Source of the DNA: a virus
Taxonomy: Duplodnaviria > Caudoviricetes
Direction: 5' to 3' (one strand)
DNA: 31,596 nucleotides
IMG/VR virus record: IMGVR_UViG_3300044518_000016
Span: 1 to 31,596 of that record
The notes under the pieces are model-generated. The model saw nothing but the letters and a program-made list of their open reading frames with translations, searched no databases and was not told where the DNA came from. How positions within the stretch are numbered: the stretch's first letter is position 1; the number at the start of each line of letters is the position of its first letter. Positions 1 through 8,995 of the stretch are shown piece after piece. The position numbers were made by a program, and so were the translations under genes.

Positions 1-3000
1 CCCAGCGATGGTTGTACGCATCGTTGATCAGTTGTCCTGTGAGCTGCTGGATCGAGTCGTAGTCACGCGTGGTGGTCTGCCGCATGTTCGTGTAGTACTT
101 GTCGAGGCCGCCGGCCATGACCTGCTGCGCCTGCTCCCACGACTGCTTCGTCTTCCCGCCCAGATCTTGGAAGACGGCGTCCATGCCGTCCGTCATCGCC
201 TGATTCAGGGTCTTGCCCTGCTGCTGCAGCGACCGGCTCAGTTGCAGGACGTTCCCGCCCATGCTGTTCACGAACAGCCCGGCGGCCTGCCCGAACTCGG
301 TGCGCCCCAGGTACATGACGCTCTTGACGTCGTCGTTTCCCTTCTTGGCGACCGAGTTGTAGCTACCCATGGCGACCCGGTAGTCCTCGGCGCCGTTCGA
401 CAGCGTGGCCACGTTCTGCTTGCTGCCCGTCTGGTACGAGTTCGCCAGATCCTGGAACGCCTTGCTCACCTGGACGCCATGGTCGGTCGCCGCAGCCTTG
501 ACCACGCCAGACGCCTGGGTGATGACACCTGCGTCCTTGTCGGCTGCGTTGCGCATGCTGGTAGCGACCGCGTCGAAAGCGGCCACCATCGCGACGCCGG
601 CACCGATGATGCCGAGAGCCGGGGCGACCAAAGACGCCGCACCAGCGCCGCCGGCCAGCCACGGTGTGAGCCTGCTGGTGCTTCCGGCGACAGCGCCCGC
701 GCCGGTGATGCCGAGGGCCTGCGCTTCCTCCGCCGACAGCATCGTCAGACCACGGGTGCCCGCTGCGGTTCGGGCAGCCCCTGCCGCACCGGCACCGGCT
801 GCTGCACCACCGGCGCCGAGCGCGTTGGTCGCCGCGGTTGTGCCGGTCTGCATGCCGGTGAGGCCACCCCACGCGGCGACGATCTTTTGAACGATGCTCT
901 CGACCGTGGCGGGAAGGCCGCGGATCGATTCGACCGCGCTCGTCAGCGCCTTGAAGGGGGCGCCCACCATGCTGACGAGGGGCTTGAACAGCAGCATCGA
1001 GGCGACGATCTGCCCGAGGAGGGTGACGATCGTGCCATCGGGGTGCGCGTTCAGGTACGAGGTCAACGGCTCCAACGTCTTGGCGACCAGGCCGATGATC
1101 TGCCCCAGCGGCGGGCCGATCGCCGCGATCACGTTGCCTGCCGCGGTCAGGAATTCGTTGATCTGCGGCGTGTACTGCTGGAGAGCGGTCGCCATCCCCG
1201 TGAGCGCGCGGGCCACCCCTGCGAGCAGGTTCGCGACGCCGTCGACGGCGCCCTTCTGGCCGCCGATGATGCCCAGTTCCAGGGCGAACTTCGCGAACGC
1301 GGGCAGCACGATGTCCGCGAACCGAACACCGTTGGTGATCAGCCCGTTCAGCATGGTCGCGAACTCGGGGGTCTGCATCAGCTGGCCCATCGCGGAGAAC
1401 GCCTGACTGATCGCGCCGCCCATCATGGTGACGCCGTCCTGGATGGTCGGCAGCAGCGCCTGGATGCCGCGGAGGAAGTCGGTGAATCCGGGCAGGGTGG
1501 CGTTCTGAGCGGCGAACTCCAGCTGGTGGAATCCGTCGCTCATGGCCAGCACCTGGTTGACAAAGTCGCGGCCAGCCGGGCTGAGGCGGCTCATATCCTT
1601 CAGGAACTGGTTGGCCGCCGCGTTCTCGGTGGACATCATCGACGCCCACTGCAGCTTCTGCTCGGCGATGGTGTTGGCGACGTTGCGTTGCGCGATGGCG
1701 ACCTGTTCGGCGTCCCGCATCTGCGTGTACGCGGCCTGCTCCTGCGCCATCGACAGCTGCCGCTGCGCCTGACTGATCTGCTCAGCGTCCCGCACCTGCT
1801 GAAACGCCGCGTTCCGCTCCGCCGCAGCCACAGCGATGTGCGCTTCCTTGATCTGTGCGGCGTTGTTCAGCTCCGTGAGGGTGAGCTGACGGCTCGCGTC
1901 GGCGGCGGCGAACGCCGCATTCGTTACCCCGTACTGCGCCTGGACGAGCGCCTGCTTGGCCTGGATGACCTGCTGGTTACCTTCGACGCCCTGCTTGTCG
2001 ACAAGGTTGGCGTGGTACTGCGACGCGGTCTGCTGGTCCTGGGCATCGGTGACCTGCTGCTTCGCCTTGAGGACAGCGAGCGCCGCCTGCTGCCGGTCCA
2101 GGTCCGTCGAGTAGGCGTTCTGGTCGATCAGCCGCTGCTGGTACTCGGCCTGCTTCACCGCGAGTTCGGCCTGCTGCACGTTGAGCTTGCTGTCCGCCAA
2201 CTGGTCGTTGAGCTGCCGGATCTGCTCCTGCGCGGCCTCCCACGCCTGCGTCAAGTTGTACTGCGCTTCGCTGAGCCCGTAGTTGGCCTCCTCGACGCCC
2301 TGCTGCGCCTGCTGCACCGAGTGGAGTGCCTGAATCTGCGACTCAGCAGCCGACCGCTCCACCGACGCCAGGTTCATTTCCGCCGACTGGATCTGCTCGG
2401 CCGCCTGCACCGCGTCCTGGGCGGCCTGCTCGTGCGCCATCCCCAACTGCTCCTGCGCGCTGGCAACCTGGGACGCTGAGGTGATCGCATCCTGCGCGGC
2501 CTGCTGCTGAGCCATCGTGGCCTGCTGCTGAGCCTGCTGCTGCTGAACCTGGTTGGAGAACTGCGTGGCCGCCAGCTGCTGCGGGGTCAGGCCCACGTTC
2601 AAGCTGGCCTGGTGCGCCTCCGACAGGGCCTTCCCGACCGGGCCGAGCGCCATCGCACCAACGCCACCCAGCAGGCCCAGGCCGGTGACCGCGCCGCCGA
2701 CCCCGGGCATGAGCGAGCCCAGGCCCATCGTGAGCGCGCCGAGCAGACCGCCGCCCTCGCCTCCGCCTCCACCGGAACCCTCTCCCCCGCTGCCGGTGGC
2801 GCCGAGACCGGGCCGGGCAGACTTCGCGTTGAGCTCGTCCAGCCGGGCCTCAGCCCGGTCGACCTTCGCGTTGAAGTCCGCGTCATCCAGGCCGAGGCGG
2901 GGCTCGACCCTCTTTCCGTCGAGTTCGTCGAGCTTGGCCCGCGCCTCATCGATACGCGCGTCGAGGTCGCCGGCGGTCAGGCCCACATCCGGGCGCGCGG

Positions 3001-3289
3001 TCTTCGAGTCCAGCTCATCCAGCGTGGCCCTGATGTCATCGGCCCGCGCAGACACGTCCCCGTCATCGAGGCGCACCGACGGCTCGGCACGCTGCGAGGA
3101 CAACTCATCGACCTTGGCCTTCGCCTCGTCGACCCGCGCATCCAGCTCGGACGTGTCCAGGCCAACCTTGACCTTCGCGTCGACACCAGCCGTGGCCTCG
3201 TCGAGCTTGGCCTTCAACTCCTCCTTGAAACCCTCAGTGTCGGGGCTGACCTGCACAAACGCGGTCGCTATACGGAAGCCTTCAGCCAC
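1..3289 (-). CDS. Tape measure protein (3' end outside window)
   Basis: Manual translation from GTG at 3289 (MAEGFRIATAFVQVSPDTEGFKEELKAKLDEA...) stays open to position 1. Ala/Gln-rich helical composition, directly after the frameshifted tail chaperones. Absent from the ORF track because it has no stop in the window. Confidence 0.93.
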   Translation of the reverse strand, partial: MAEGFRIATAFVQVSPDTEGFKEELKAKLDEATAGVDAKVKVGLDTSELDARVDEAKAKVDELSSQRAEPSVRLDDGDVSARADDIRATLDELDSKTARPDVGLTAGDLDARIDEARAKLDELDGKRVEPRLGLDDADFNAKVDRAEARLDELNAKSARPGLGATGSGGEGSGGGGGEGGGLLGALTMGLGSLMPGVGGAVTGLGLLGGVGAMALGPVGKALSEAHQASLNVGLTPQQLAATQFSNQVQQQQAQQQATMAQQQAAQDAITSASQVASAQEQLGMAHEQAAQDAVQAAEQIQSAEMNLASVERSAAESQIQALHSVQQAQQGVEEANYGLSEAQYNLTQAWEAAQEQIRQLNDQLADSKLNVQQAELAVKQAEYQQRLIDQNAYSTDLDRQQAALAVLKAKQQVTDAQDQQTASQYHANLVDKQGVEGNQQVIQAKQALVQAQYGVTNAAFAAADASRQLTLTELNNAAQIKEAHIAVAAAERNAAFQQVRDAEQISQAQRQLSMAQEQAAYTQMRDAEQVAIAQRNVANTIAEQKLQWASMMSTENAAANQFLKDMSRLSPAGRDFVNQVLAMSDGFHQLEFAAQNATLPGFTDFLRGIQALLPTIQDGVTMMGGAISQAFSAMGQLMQTPEFATMLNGLITNGVRFADIVLPAFAKFALELGIIGGQKGAVDGVANLLAGVARALTGMATALQQYTPQINEFLTAAGNVIAAIGPPLGQIIGLVAKTLEPLTSYLNAHPDGTIVTLLGQIVASMLLFKPLVSMVGAPFKALTSAVESIRGLPATVESIVQKIVAAWGGLTGMQTGTTAATNALGAGGAAAGAGAAGAARTAAGTRGLTMLSAEEAQALGITGAGAVAGSTSRLTPWLAGGAGAASLVAPALGIIGAGVAMVAAFDAVATSMRNAADKDAGVITQASGVVKAAATDHGVQVSKAFQDLANSYQTGSKQNVATLSNGAEDYRVAMGSYNSVAKKGNDDVKSVMYLGRTEFGQAAGLFVNSMGGNVLQLSRSLQQQGKTLNQAMTDGMDAVFQDLGGKTKQSWEQAQQVMAGGLDKYYTNMRQTTTRDYDSIQQLTGQLINDAYNHRW
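2804..3163 (-). repeat. Four tandem 30-aa (90-bp) repeats in the TMP N-terminus
   Basis: GLDTSELDARVDEAKAKVDELSSQRAEPSV / RLDDGDVSARADDIRATLDELDSKTARPDV / GLTAGDLDARIDEARAKLDELDGKRVEPRL / GLDDADFNAKVDRAEARLDELNAKSARPGL. Confidence 0.85.
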
Positions 3290-3306
3290 CAGGCCCCCCC
3301 GTCCAT

Positions 3307-3636
3307 CTATCCGAAGGAGAAGACCCCTGCGAACGCAGGCTCGGCCAGGAGCGTCGTCTTCGTACCGGGGTTGATGTCCCGCTGAGCCCCGGCGCCGTAG
3401 GTGAACGGCTGCTGCGTGGACGCCGGAGCGGGAGTGCTGCTCCCGGTCTCCTCGATGGCGCGGGCCTGCATGACCCCGGTGTACGCGGGCAGCCGCCACG
3501 CCAGCCGGAAGAACGTCGGGCCGTCCAGGGTCATGACGTCGTCCACCCGGTGAAACACGCTCATGTCGCTCGCGATGTCGTCGAGGTAGTCGAGCATCCA
3601 GGCGAGTTGGGCGACGCGTTCCCTTACTCTTTTGGG
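3307..3636 (-). CDS. Tail assembly chaperone, -1 frameshift extension (gpT-like)
   Basis: The -1 frame entered at the slippery site reads PKRVRERVAQLAWMLDYLDDIASDMSVFHRVDD...FSFG*. Lies between the chaperone and TMP, as in the lambda G/GT arrangement. Confidence 0.85.
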   Translation of the reverse strand, partial: PKRVRERVAQLAWMLDYLDDIASDMSVFHRVDDVMTLDGPTFFRLAWRLPAYTGVMQARAIEETGSSTPAPASTQQPFTYGAGAQRDINPGTKTTLLAEPAFAGVFSFG

Positions 3637-4052
3637 AGTTCCAGGGACCCGAGCGCCAGCTTGACCGCGATCTGGCAAATCTGCTGAAGCTGCTGCGGGG
3701 TCAGGTCGTCGTACCCGAGAAGCGCGGTGTAGCCCTCGGAGCCAAGCAGCTTGTCGAGGACGTAGTCGGTCGCGACCGCCTCTCCCTGGGTCCGGTACAG
3801 GTGCATGAACTGCAGCCCGACGTTCACGCCCGGCTTCTTGGCGACCGAGTACATCGTGTCGTCGATGTAGAACAGCGGCACCCGTTCCTCGGGCCGATCC
3901 GCCTTTGTCGTGAGTCGCAGCACCTCGAACTCGCCGCTGCCGCCCGGGTCGAGCGGCGATTCCTCCAGCTCTGGCTCCGGTGCGGGAGGCGGAGCTGGCC
4001 GTCGCGGCGTCCGCTTGGCGGCCGTCTTCGTGGCCGTGACCTTTGCTGCCAT
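3624..4052 (-). CDS. Tail assembly chaperone (gpG-like), 142 aa
   Basis: MAAKVTATKTAAK...LGSLELPKE. Follows the major tail gene and ends in the slippery site. Start trimmed from ORF 3624..4283. Confidence 0.85.
   Translation of the reverse strand: MAAKVTATKTAAKRTPRRPAPPPAPEPELEESPLDPGGSGEFEVLRLTTKADRPEERVPLFYIDDTMYSVAKKPGVNVGLQFMHLYRTQGEAVATDYVLDKLLGSEGYTALLGYDDLTPQQLQQICQIAVKLALGSLELPKE
3630..3636 (-). promoter_or_regulatory. -1 ribosomal slippery heptamer C CCA AAA
   Basis: Minus strand reads CTC CCA AAA GAG TAA. X XXY YYZ pattern in frame, just before the chaperone stop, with an open -1 frame. Confidence 0.85.
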
Positions 4053-4096
4053 GAGGGCTCTTTCTGGGGTGAGGGTGTGAGGGTTGGTGGTGCGCG

Positions 4097-4687
4097 TCAG
4101 GCCTGCTGGTCGACGATGTGGACCGGGTTGATCGACGACGACACGTAGTACGCGGTGAAGGTGCAGTCGAGTGCCTGCTGGGTCTTCTTGTCGTAGGACA
4201 GGGTGGCCTTGACCTGCGACAGCACCTTGCGAACGATGACGCGGCGCAGAGCTGCTGCGCCGGTGGACAAGGTCGGCGCCCACCCATCGATGATCAGTGC
4301 GGCGTAGGTCGGCTGCGTCGCCGAGGATCCGACCGGGACGTCCAGCGTCGAGTAGCCGGACCCGCTACCGGTGGTGCCGATCGAGTTGAGCGACGTCTGT
4401 AGGTTGGCCAGCGTCATTTCGCTCAACTTCGCGGTCACCGTCATCTTCATCTCGGTCAGACGCGCGCCCACATTCATCGTCAGCTGATCCACGGTGAGGT
4501 CGGTGTAGGTGTTGTCGACCTCGAAGGTGACGCCACCATCGGTGCCACCGACGTCGCTCCAGGGTGCGGACGGCGGGCTGGTGGGACCGTTCGGCGTTAC
4601 TGCGGAATCGGCAGGCTCGGTGCTGCCGAAGGGCGCGACGTAGAGGCGGGCTGGCCCCAAAACGAGATTTGCGGCATTCACGGCCAA
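4097..4687 (-). CDS. Major tail (tube) protein
   Basis: NLVLGPARLYVAPFG...WSDVGGTDGGVTF...TVDQ...LSEMTLANL motifs typical of actinophage tail tube proteins. The TTG start at 4687 has better RBS spacing than the ATG at 4696. Confidence 0.88.
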   Translation of the reverse strand: MAVNAANLVLGPARLYVAPFGSTEPADSAVTPNGPTSPPSAPWSDVGGTDGGVTFEVDNTYTDLTVDQLTMNVGARLTEMKMTVTAKLSEMTLANLQTSLNSIGTTGSGSGYSTLDVPVGSSATQPTYAALIIDGWAPTLSTGAAALRRVIVRKVLSQVKATLSYDKKTQQALDCTFTAYYVSSSINPVHIVDQQA

Positions 4688-4733
4688 AGGGATCATCCCC
4701 TAGATGTCGTGCGCCTGGCCGGGCGCGAGCATG

Positions 4734-4757
4734 AAAAAAGCCCGCGCGGCGCGGGCT
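4734..4757 (-). terminator. Intrinsic terminator
   Basis: Minus strand: GCCCGCG-CCG-CGCGGGC followed by TTTTTT. Confidence 0.75.
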
Positions 4758-4778
4758 CGGGCTGAGCGACTCGGCAGG

Positions 4779-5147
4779 TTAGTTGACGCCGATGAACTGG
4801 AGCAGGGCGACACCGGTGACGTTCGCGGGGGTGCCGAAGGTGACGGTCATCGTGCCGCCGGGAGCCTGCTCGTCCGACGGGAATGGGCCGATCACGTTGA
4901 TCGCGGAAGCGACAAGCGTCGGGGTCAGCGCGGGCACCGTCTGGCCCTCGATCGTTGTACCGATCAGGATCTGGCAGGTCGAGGTGCTCGCGCCGACCTG
5001 GATGTACAAGATCTCCCGGCCGGTGTTCGACCAAGTCACGCCGGTATTGGCCCCGAGCGTGCCAGCGGTCAGGAGCGCCGTCAGATTGAGTGGGGCACTC
5101 GCCCCCGTCTTCGGAAACTGCGTGGCGGTGAGAGCGAGGTTACTCAC
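4779..5147 (-). CDS. Virion structural protein, decoration-like beta-rich, 122 aa
   Basis: Thr/Gly/Val-rich, with NTGREILY...IGPFPS motifs. GTGA-coupled to the upstream ORF. Resembles 7643..8095. Confidence 0.65.
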   Translation of the reverse strand: MSNLALTATQFPKTGASAPLNLTALLTAGTLGANTGVTWSNTGREILYIQVGASTSTCQILIGTTIEGQTVPALTPTLVASAINVIGPFPSDEQAPGGTMTVTFGTPANVTGVALLQFIGVN

Positions 5148-5314
5148 GACTGGTCACCAGCCTTCTTGGGCGTGGCCTTGGCCGCCGGCTGCTGCGACGC
5201 CGGCTCCGGGGTGGCCTCTTCGTGAATGAGGCCCTGGGAGCGCAGCACCTCGACCTCATCGTCGGGGACCTCGATCGGGTCTTCGAACATGGTCACACGG
5301 ACCTTCTTGGGCAT
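5144..5314 (-). CDS. Small hypothetical protein, 56 aa
   Basis: Manual: MPKKVRVTMFEDPIEVPDDEVEVLRSQGLIHEE...AGDQS*. GAGGAG RBS; fills the gap between neighbours exactly. Confidence 0.75.
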   Translation of the reverse strand: MPKKVRVTMFEDPIEVPDDEVEVLRSQGLIHEEATPEPASQQPAAKATPKKAGDQS

Positions 5315-5324
5315 GGTGGGCTCC

Positions 5325-5825
5325 TCAGTCGAGTCGGTCGCTAACAGTCACCCAGTCCAGAGCTAGGTCTGCCTGGTAGCGGGCGTAATCGCCGGCGTCG
5401 TCGTACAGGCGCCGGAAGCTGGTGGCGAGGTAGGCGGAGCGCACTACCGCCGTCGGGTAGGCGACGCCGTTGACCGTGATCGAGAGTGGGCGTGGGATGC
5501 GATACCGGTCCCACGTGGCCCGCCGGATCGCTGCTGCGATCGACCCTGCCATCAGCCACGGCGGCTTGTTGCTGCCTGGCTTTGTGGCCCAGCAGTCGAC
5601 TTGCACCACCGCGCGGTTGACGGGCAGCAGGTCATCAGGAGTACCGCCGACGACCGCCACGGTCACGTACCCGGTGGACACCCATGAGGCGACGGTGCCG
5701 TCCGCGTTGACGTCGGGCGGCAGTTGGGTGCCGACCATGGCCGCGGTCAGGCCTGTGATGCTCCCGATCCACGCCGTCGCGACCAGCTCGTCGGATCCGT
5801 CCAGCGGTAGTGCAGGAGTCGTCAC
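5325..5825 (-). CDS. Tail terminator / tail completion protein
   Basis: Position after the gp10-like gene; VVQVDCWA and ARYQADLAL motifs; GGAGGAGG RBS. Confidence 0.75.
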   Translation of the reverse strand: MTTPALPLDGSDELVATAWIGSITGLTAAMVGTQLPPDVNADGTVASWVSTGYVTVAVVGGTPDDLLPVNRAVVQVDCWATKPGSNKPPWLMAGSIAAAIRRATWDRYRIPRPLSITVNGVAYPTAVVRSAYLATSFRRLYDDAGDYARYQADLALDWVTVSDRLD

Positions 5826-5840
5826 CGCGCCTCCTCCGGT

Positions 5841-6173
5841 CTACTCGCTGCGCTCCTGGTAGAGCGCGGGACGTAGGAAGGGTTGTGGGGCGACCACCTC
5901 GGGCCCTACCTCGCCGGTGGAGGGGTGGTAGACGCGGTGGCCTAGCTCGACGTAGGCGGCGTAGATGCGTCCTCCGGCGCCGCCGCTGGCGGAGACGATG
6001 AGGTCGCCGTCTTCGATGTGGTGCTCGATCGAGGACTTCAGTGCGCCGGTGCGTTCTGGGCAGTAGCGGGCCGCGTCCCGGGCGATGTCCGGGCCGAGCT
6101 TGTCTTCGAACCACTCCTCGACCGCCGAGGCCACCTCACCTTCCCATGCACCGCTGATCTCAATGCGAGCCAC
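5841..6173 (-). CDS. HK97 gp10-like neck/tail completion protein
   Basis: ARYCPERTGALKSSI...YAAYVELG...PQPFLRPAL signature. Confidence 0.88.
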   Translation of the reverse strand: MARIEISGAWEGEVASAVEEWFEDKLGPDIARDAARYCPERTGALKSSIEHHIEDGDLIVSASGGAGGRIYAAYVELGHRVYHPSTGEVGPEVVAPQPFLRPALYQERSE

Positions 6174-6184
6174 GGCGCGCCTCC

Positions 6185-6541
6185 TCAGTCGGAGCCGGGG
6201 GTGACGCCGGACCGCCAGCGCAGTGTCAGGATCTTGTCCGGCGCGATGCCGGTCGGCCCAGTGGGCTGCCGCTCGACGTCCTGGATCATGTAGTAGGCGC
6301 CAGTGGACTCGTCAAGCAGGGTGTCCGAGGTGAGGATGTCGACCCAACCGGCAACCACACAGGTAGAGGTGCGGATGGTCCGCGGGGTCTGGGTGGCCGG
6401 GTCGAATACCGTCTTGGACGACTCGTTGATCGCGGCGGGGACCCCGGTGTAGACGGGCGCGCCGACGTCGGACAAATCGCCGTAGGCGTTGGCCTCTACC
6501 CCACGCATAACCGTCAGAGTGGTGTTGGCGAGCTCCATCAT
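6185..6541 (-). CDS. Head closure (stopper) protein
   Basis: 118 aa, beta-rich, with NAYGD motif. Lies between the adaptor and the gp10-like gene. Confidence 0.72.
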   Translation of the reverse strand: MMELANTTLTVMRGVEANAYGDLSDVGAPVYTGVPAAINESSKTVFDPATQTPRTIRTSTCVVAGWVDILTSDTLLDESTGAYYMIQDVERQPTGPTGIAPDKILTLRWRSGVTPGSD

Positions 6542-6548
6542 GCGGCAC

Positions 6549-7298
6549 CTACCAGTTGATCAGCGCAGCGGAGCCGAGGATGCCTGCGGCGTGCAGGATC
6601 GCCGCCGCCTGCGGGGCGAGCGGCGGGAACGGCATCGCGGTCATCGCCGCGACCCGCGACGTCGACACGCCACCCATCGACGTGCTGCTGTACTGCCGCT
6701 TTACGCCGGTCGGATCATTGTCGGCGATCATGAATTGACACTGCGCCGAGGTGGCCCGCATCAGGACGTCGATCAGCATCGGATCGGTCGGCATGCCGTT
6801 CGCGTTGACCGCGTACACCGCGCCGATCAGGTAGTGGTCCATCGCTTCCGACGCTCGACGGAGCATCGTTGCGATGTTGGCGTCCGGGGTGAACTGGTCG
6901 CCGGACCACGCCCGGTACTGGGCCACCGACGCGTACACGCCGGGCGCCGGGGCACCTGTGGCGACCGAAGCGACAGTGACCGTGTTGATGTACGTGAGGG
7001 TCTGGCCGTTGACGGTGCCCGACCAGGTCACGAGGTAGTCGCCGACCGCCTGGGAGGTGGGGCACGTCCACACGTACTGGTAGAGGCTGACGCTTTGCGG
7101 CACCACGCCGGTCGACGTCGGCGCCAAGGGTGTGCCGGTGCCGCCGCCGGGCGTGGTCGCCGCGGCGATGCCGACCGTCACGCCCAAGGCCGTACCTCCC
7201 TGCCCGCTACCCGGGTAGGTCTCGAACAGCTGGCTGAGGGTGATCTGCGCGCCCTGTAGGACGTCGGACGGCTGGTTGCCGAGGATCGTGAACGACAC
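6549..7298 (-). CDS. Head-to-tail adaptor with extra N-terminal beta domain
   Basis: C-terminal half (YASVAQY...MLRRASEAMD...ATSAQCQF...SMGGVS) is adaptor-like. The N-terminal ~115 aa (YQYVWTCP...GDYLVTWSGTVNG) looks Ig-like. Confidence 0.75.
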   Translation of the reverse strand: MSFTILGNQPSDVLQGAQITLSQLFETYPGSGQGGTALGVTVGIAAATTPGGGTGTPLAPTSTGVVPQSVSLYQYVWTCPTSQAVGDYLVTWSGTVNGQTLTYINTVTVASVATGAPAPGVYASVAQYRAWSGDQFTPDANIATMLRRASEAMDHYLIGAVYAVNANGMPTDPMLIDVLMRATSAQCQFMIADNDPTGVKRQYSSTSMGGVSTSRVAAMTAMPFPPLAPQAAAILHAAGILGSAALINW

Positions 7299-7310
7299 GC
7301 AGAACCCCTC

Positions 7311-7637
7311 CTACTCGTCGGCCGCCGGGCTGAGCGCCTCAATGAGCTGGGCCTTGGTCATGCCGGCGGCCGTCTCACGGTCCATGCCCTGGGAGACCGC
7401 GAACTCGGTCCAGGTGGCCCTGTTGTCGGTGCGCTTGGGCAGCGGTGGAGCGTCCGGCGGCAGGTCGCCGCGGGGCGGTTCCAGTGGCTCCTCGCCGGGC
7501 TCGATCCACGGTGTGCCGTCGTCGTTGACCCGTGTGAGGTCGCCGCGGTCCAGCCGGTCTTGAATGCCCGGGAGGAGCGGCACGTCCATGCGGTGGAGCG
7601 CGCCGTTCTCTCCCCGGATCCATATCTGTTCGGGCAT
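7311..7637 (-). CDS. Hypothetical protein with C-terminal HeH/Rho-N-like helix pair, 108 aa
   Basis: MPEQIWIRGENG...WTEFAVSQGMDRETAAGMTKAQLIEAL. The real 3' part of ORF 7311..9239; a common gene type after capsid genes. Confidence 0.75.
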   Translation of the reverse strand: MPEQIWIRGENGALHRMDVPLLPGIQDRLDRGDLTRVNDDGTPWIEPGEEPLEPPRGDLPPDAPPLPKRTDNRATWTEFAVSQGMDRETAAGMTKAQLIEALSPAADE

Positions 7638-7642
7638 GGCGA

Positions 7643-8095
7643 TCACACCAGGACGAACGGCAGCTCGTAGGCGAGGACGGTGACGCCTGTGACCTGTGAG
7701 AAGTCCAGGTACAGGTAGGTGTTCCCGGAGCTGTCGAACTGGATGAACCGGTCGCTCGTGAGCGGGCCGATGTCCAGTGTGTTGCTGGTGGTCGACGCCG
7801 ACACCAGGTCCCCGGCGGAGCCCTGGGTGAACACGGCGTTGCTCGGGTACGGGCTGGTCTGCGTGTTTCCGTTGACGTCGACGCCGTTGCCGGCCGCGCG
7901 CACGGTCACGGTCGTCGCCGTGGTGCCGACGATCACGCGAAGGAGCATCTTGCGCAGGTCGATCGTCGAACCCGGGCTGGAGGCGTTGACGCCCTGGACG
8001 TACATGGTCGCGGCAGCAGCGGTGGCCGCCGCCTCGGTGACGGAGATGCTGTCCCGCACGAGCTGGACGGGGGTGAGCTGAGTGCGTGCAGTCAT
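7643..8095 (-). CDS. Putative capsid decoration protein, 150 aa
   Basis: Directly after the major capsid gene; MTARTQLTP...IGPLTSDRFIQ...YLDFS; GGAGG RBS. Confidence 0.65.
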   Translation of the reverse strand: MTARTQLTPVQLVRDSISVTEAAATAAAATMYVQGVNASSPGSTIDLRKMLLRVIVGTTATTVTVRAAGNGVDVNGNTQTSPYPSNAVFTQGSAGDLVSASTTSNTLDIGPLTSDRFIQFDSSGNTYLYLDFSQVTGVTVLAYELPFVLV

Positions 8096-8110
8096 GGTCG
8101 TGGCCTCCTA

Positions 8111-8995
8111 TCAGATTCCGGTCGGGCGGGTGACGTAGGCGACCGCGATGGCGTCCGGGCGAACGAGCTTCGCGCCGAAGACGTGCAGTCCACGGACGCC
8201 GTCGGCGAACGTGGCCTGGAGGCGCAGCGCCTCGGTCTGGACGATCTGCTCCGCATACGTGATCGCCATCGGATGACCCGCCTGAACGATCCAATTGGAG
8301 CCCGAGTAGTTCTGCGCGTTGTTGCTGACGTAGATGTCGAACCCGGCGGCCCTGCCGATCATGCCGGTCTGGAACACCTCGGACGGCTGGCCCTGCATGT
8401 CCGTGATCGCGATGAACGCCTGGGTCTGCTCCAGCAGGCCCTCTGCCCACGGCGGGACCACCACGTAGCGGCCCTGCATGGGGATGTTCGCCTGGCTGAG
8501 CTGCACCTTCAGAGGCAGGAGCACCTTCTGGTAGAAGTCCGCCGGGGTGGAGCTGGAGTACAGGGCCGGGGCGATCGGAGACCCGGAAGAACCGACCTGG
8601 TTGCTCTGCGAGACGCCGGTGTAGAGGCTGGCGATGTACTGGTCGGCGACATCGGCCAATTTGTAGCTCGCACGCTCTTCGAGGTAGGACTGCATGTCGC
8701 CAGCGGCCTGACGGCGGTCGACGTCGTCCACGGAGAAGCTGAAGCTCTTGGCCTGGTCGATGTTCAGGTCGAGCCCGGCGTCGTTGAGCGTCTGGTAGGT
8801 GAGAGTGGTGTTCGGCGTGTAGTTGCTGATGACCGGGTCGCCGAACTGGGTGATGTGCACGACGTTTCCGGGGCCGCTGATCTCGCCCTCGTAGTCGTTG
8901 TTGACGATGCCGGGGCCGCCGAACACGAGGTTCTTCTGAAGCGCGGCCAGGATCACCCGGCTCCAAATTTCGGGCTTGAATGCCAAAACAGACAT
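8111..8995 (-). CDS. Major capsid protein (HK97 fold, P22-coat-like family)
   Basis: FKPEIWS...NNDYEGEI...GNVVHI...IDQAKSFSFSVDDVD...GRAAGFDIYVSNN...FADGVRGLHVFGAKLVRP signature; follows the scaffold gene. Confidence 0.95.
   Translation of the reverse strand: MSVLAFKPEIWSRVILAALQKNLVFGGPGIVNNDYEGEISGPGNVVHITQFGDPVISNYTPNTTLTYQTLNDAGLDLNIDQAKSFSFSVDDVDRRQAAGDMQSYLEERASYKLADVADQYIASLYTGVSQSNQVGSSGSPIAPALYSSSTPADFYQKVLLPLKVQLSQANIPMQGRYVVVPPWAEGLLEQTQAFIAITDMQGQPSEVFQTGMIGRAAGFDIYVSNNAQNYSGSNWIVQAGHPMAITYAEQIVQTEALRLQATFADGVRGLHVFGAKLVRPDAIAVAYVTRPTGI

Noticed and set aside
8-2479. 823-aa plus-strand ORF, plus 363..1649 and other overlapping ORFs
   Set aside because: Antisense or off-frame shadows of the tape-measure gene, typical of high-GC DNA; no recognisable motifs.
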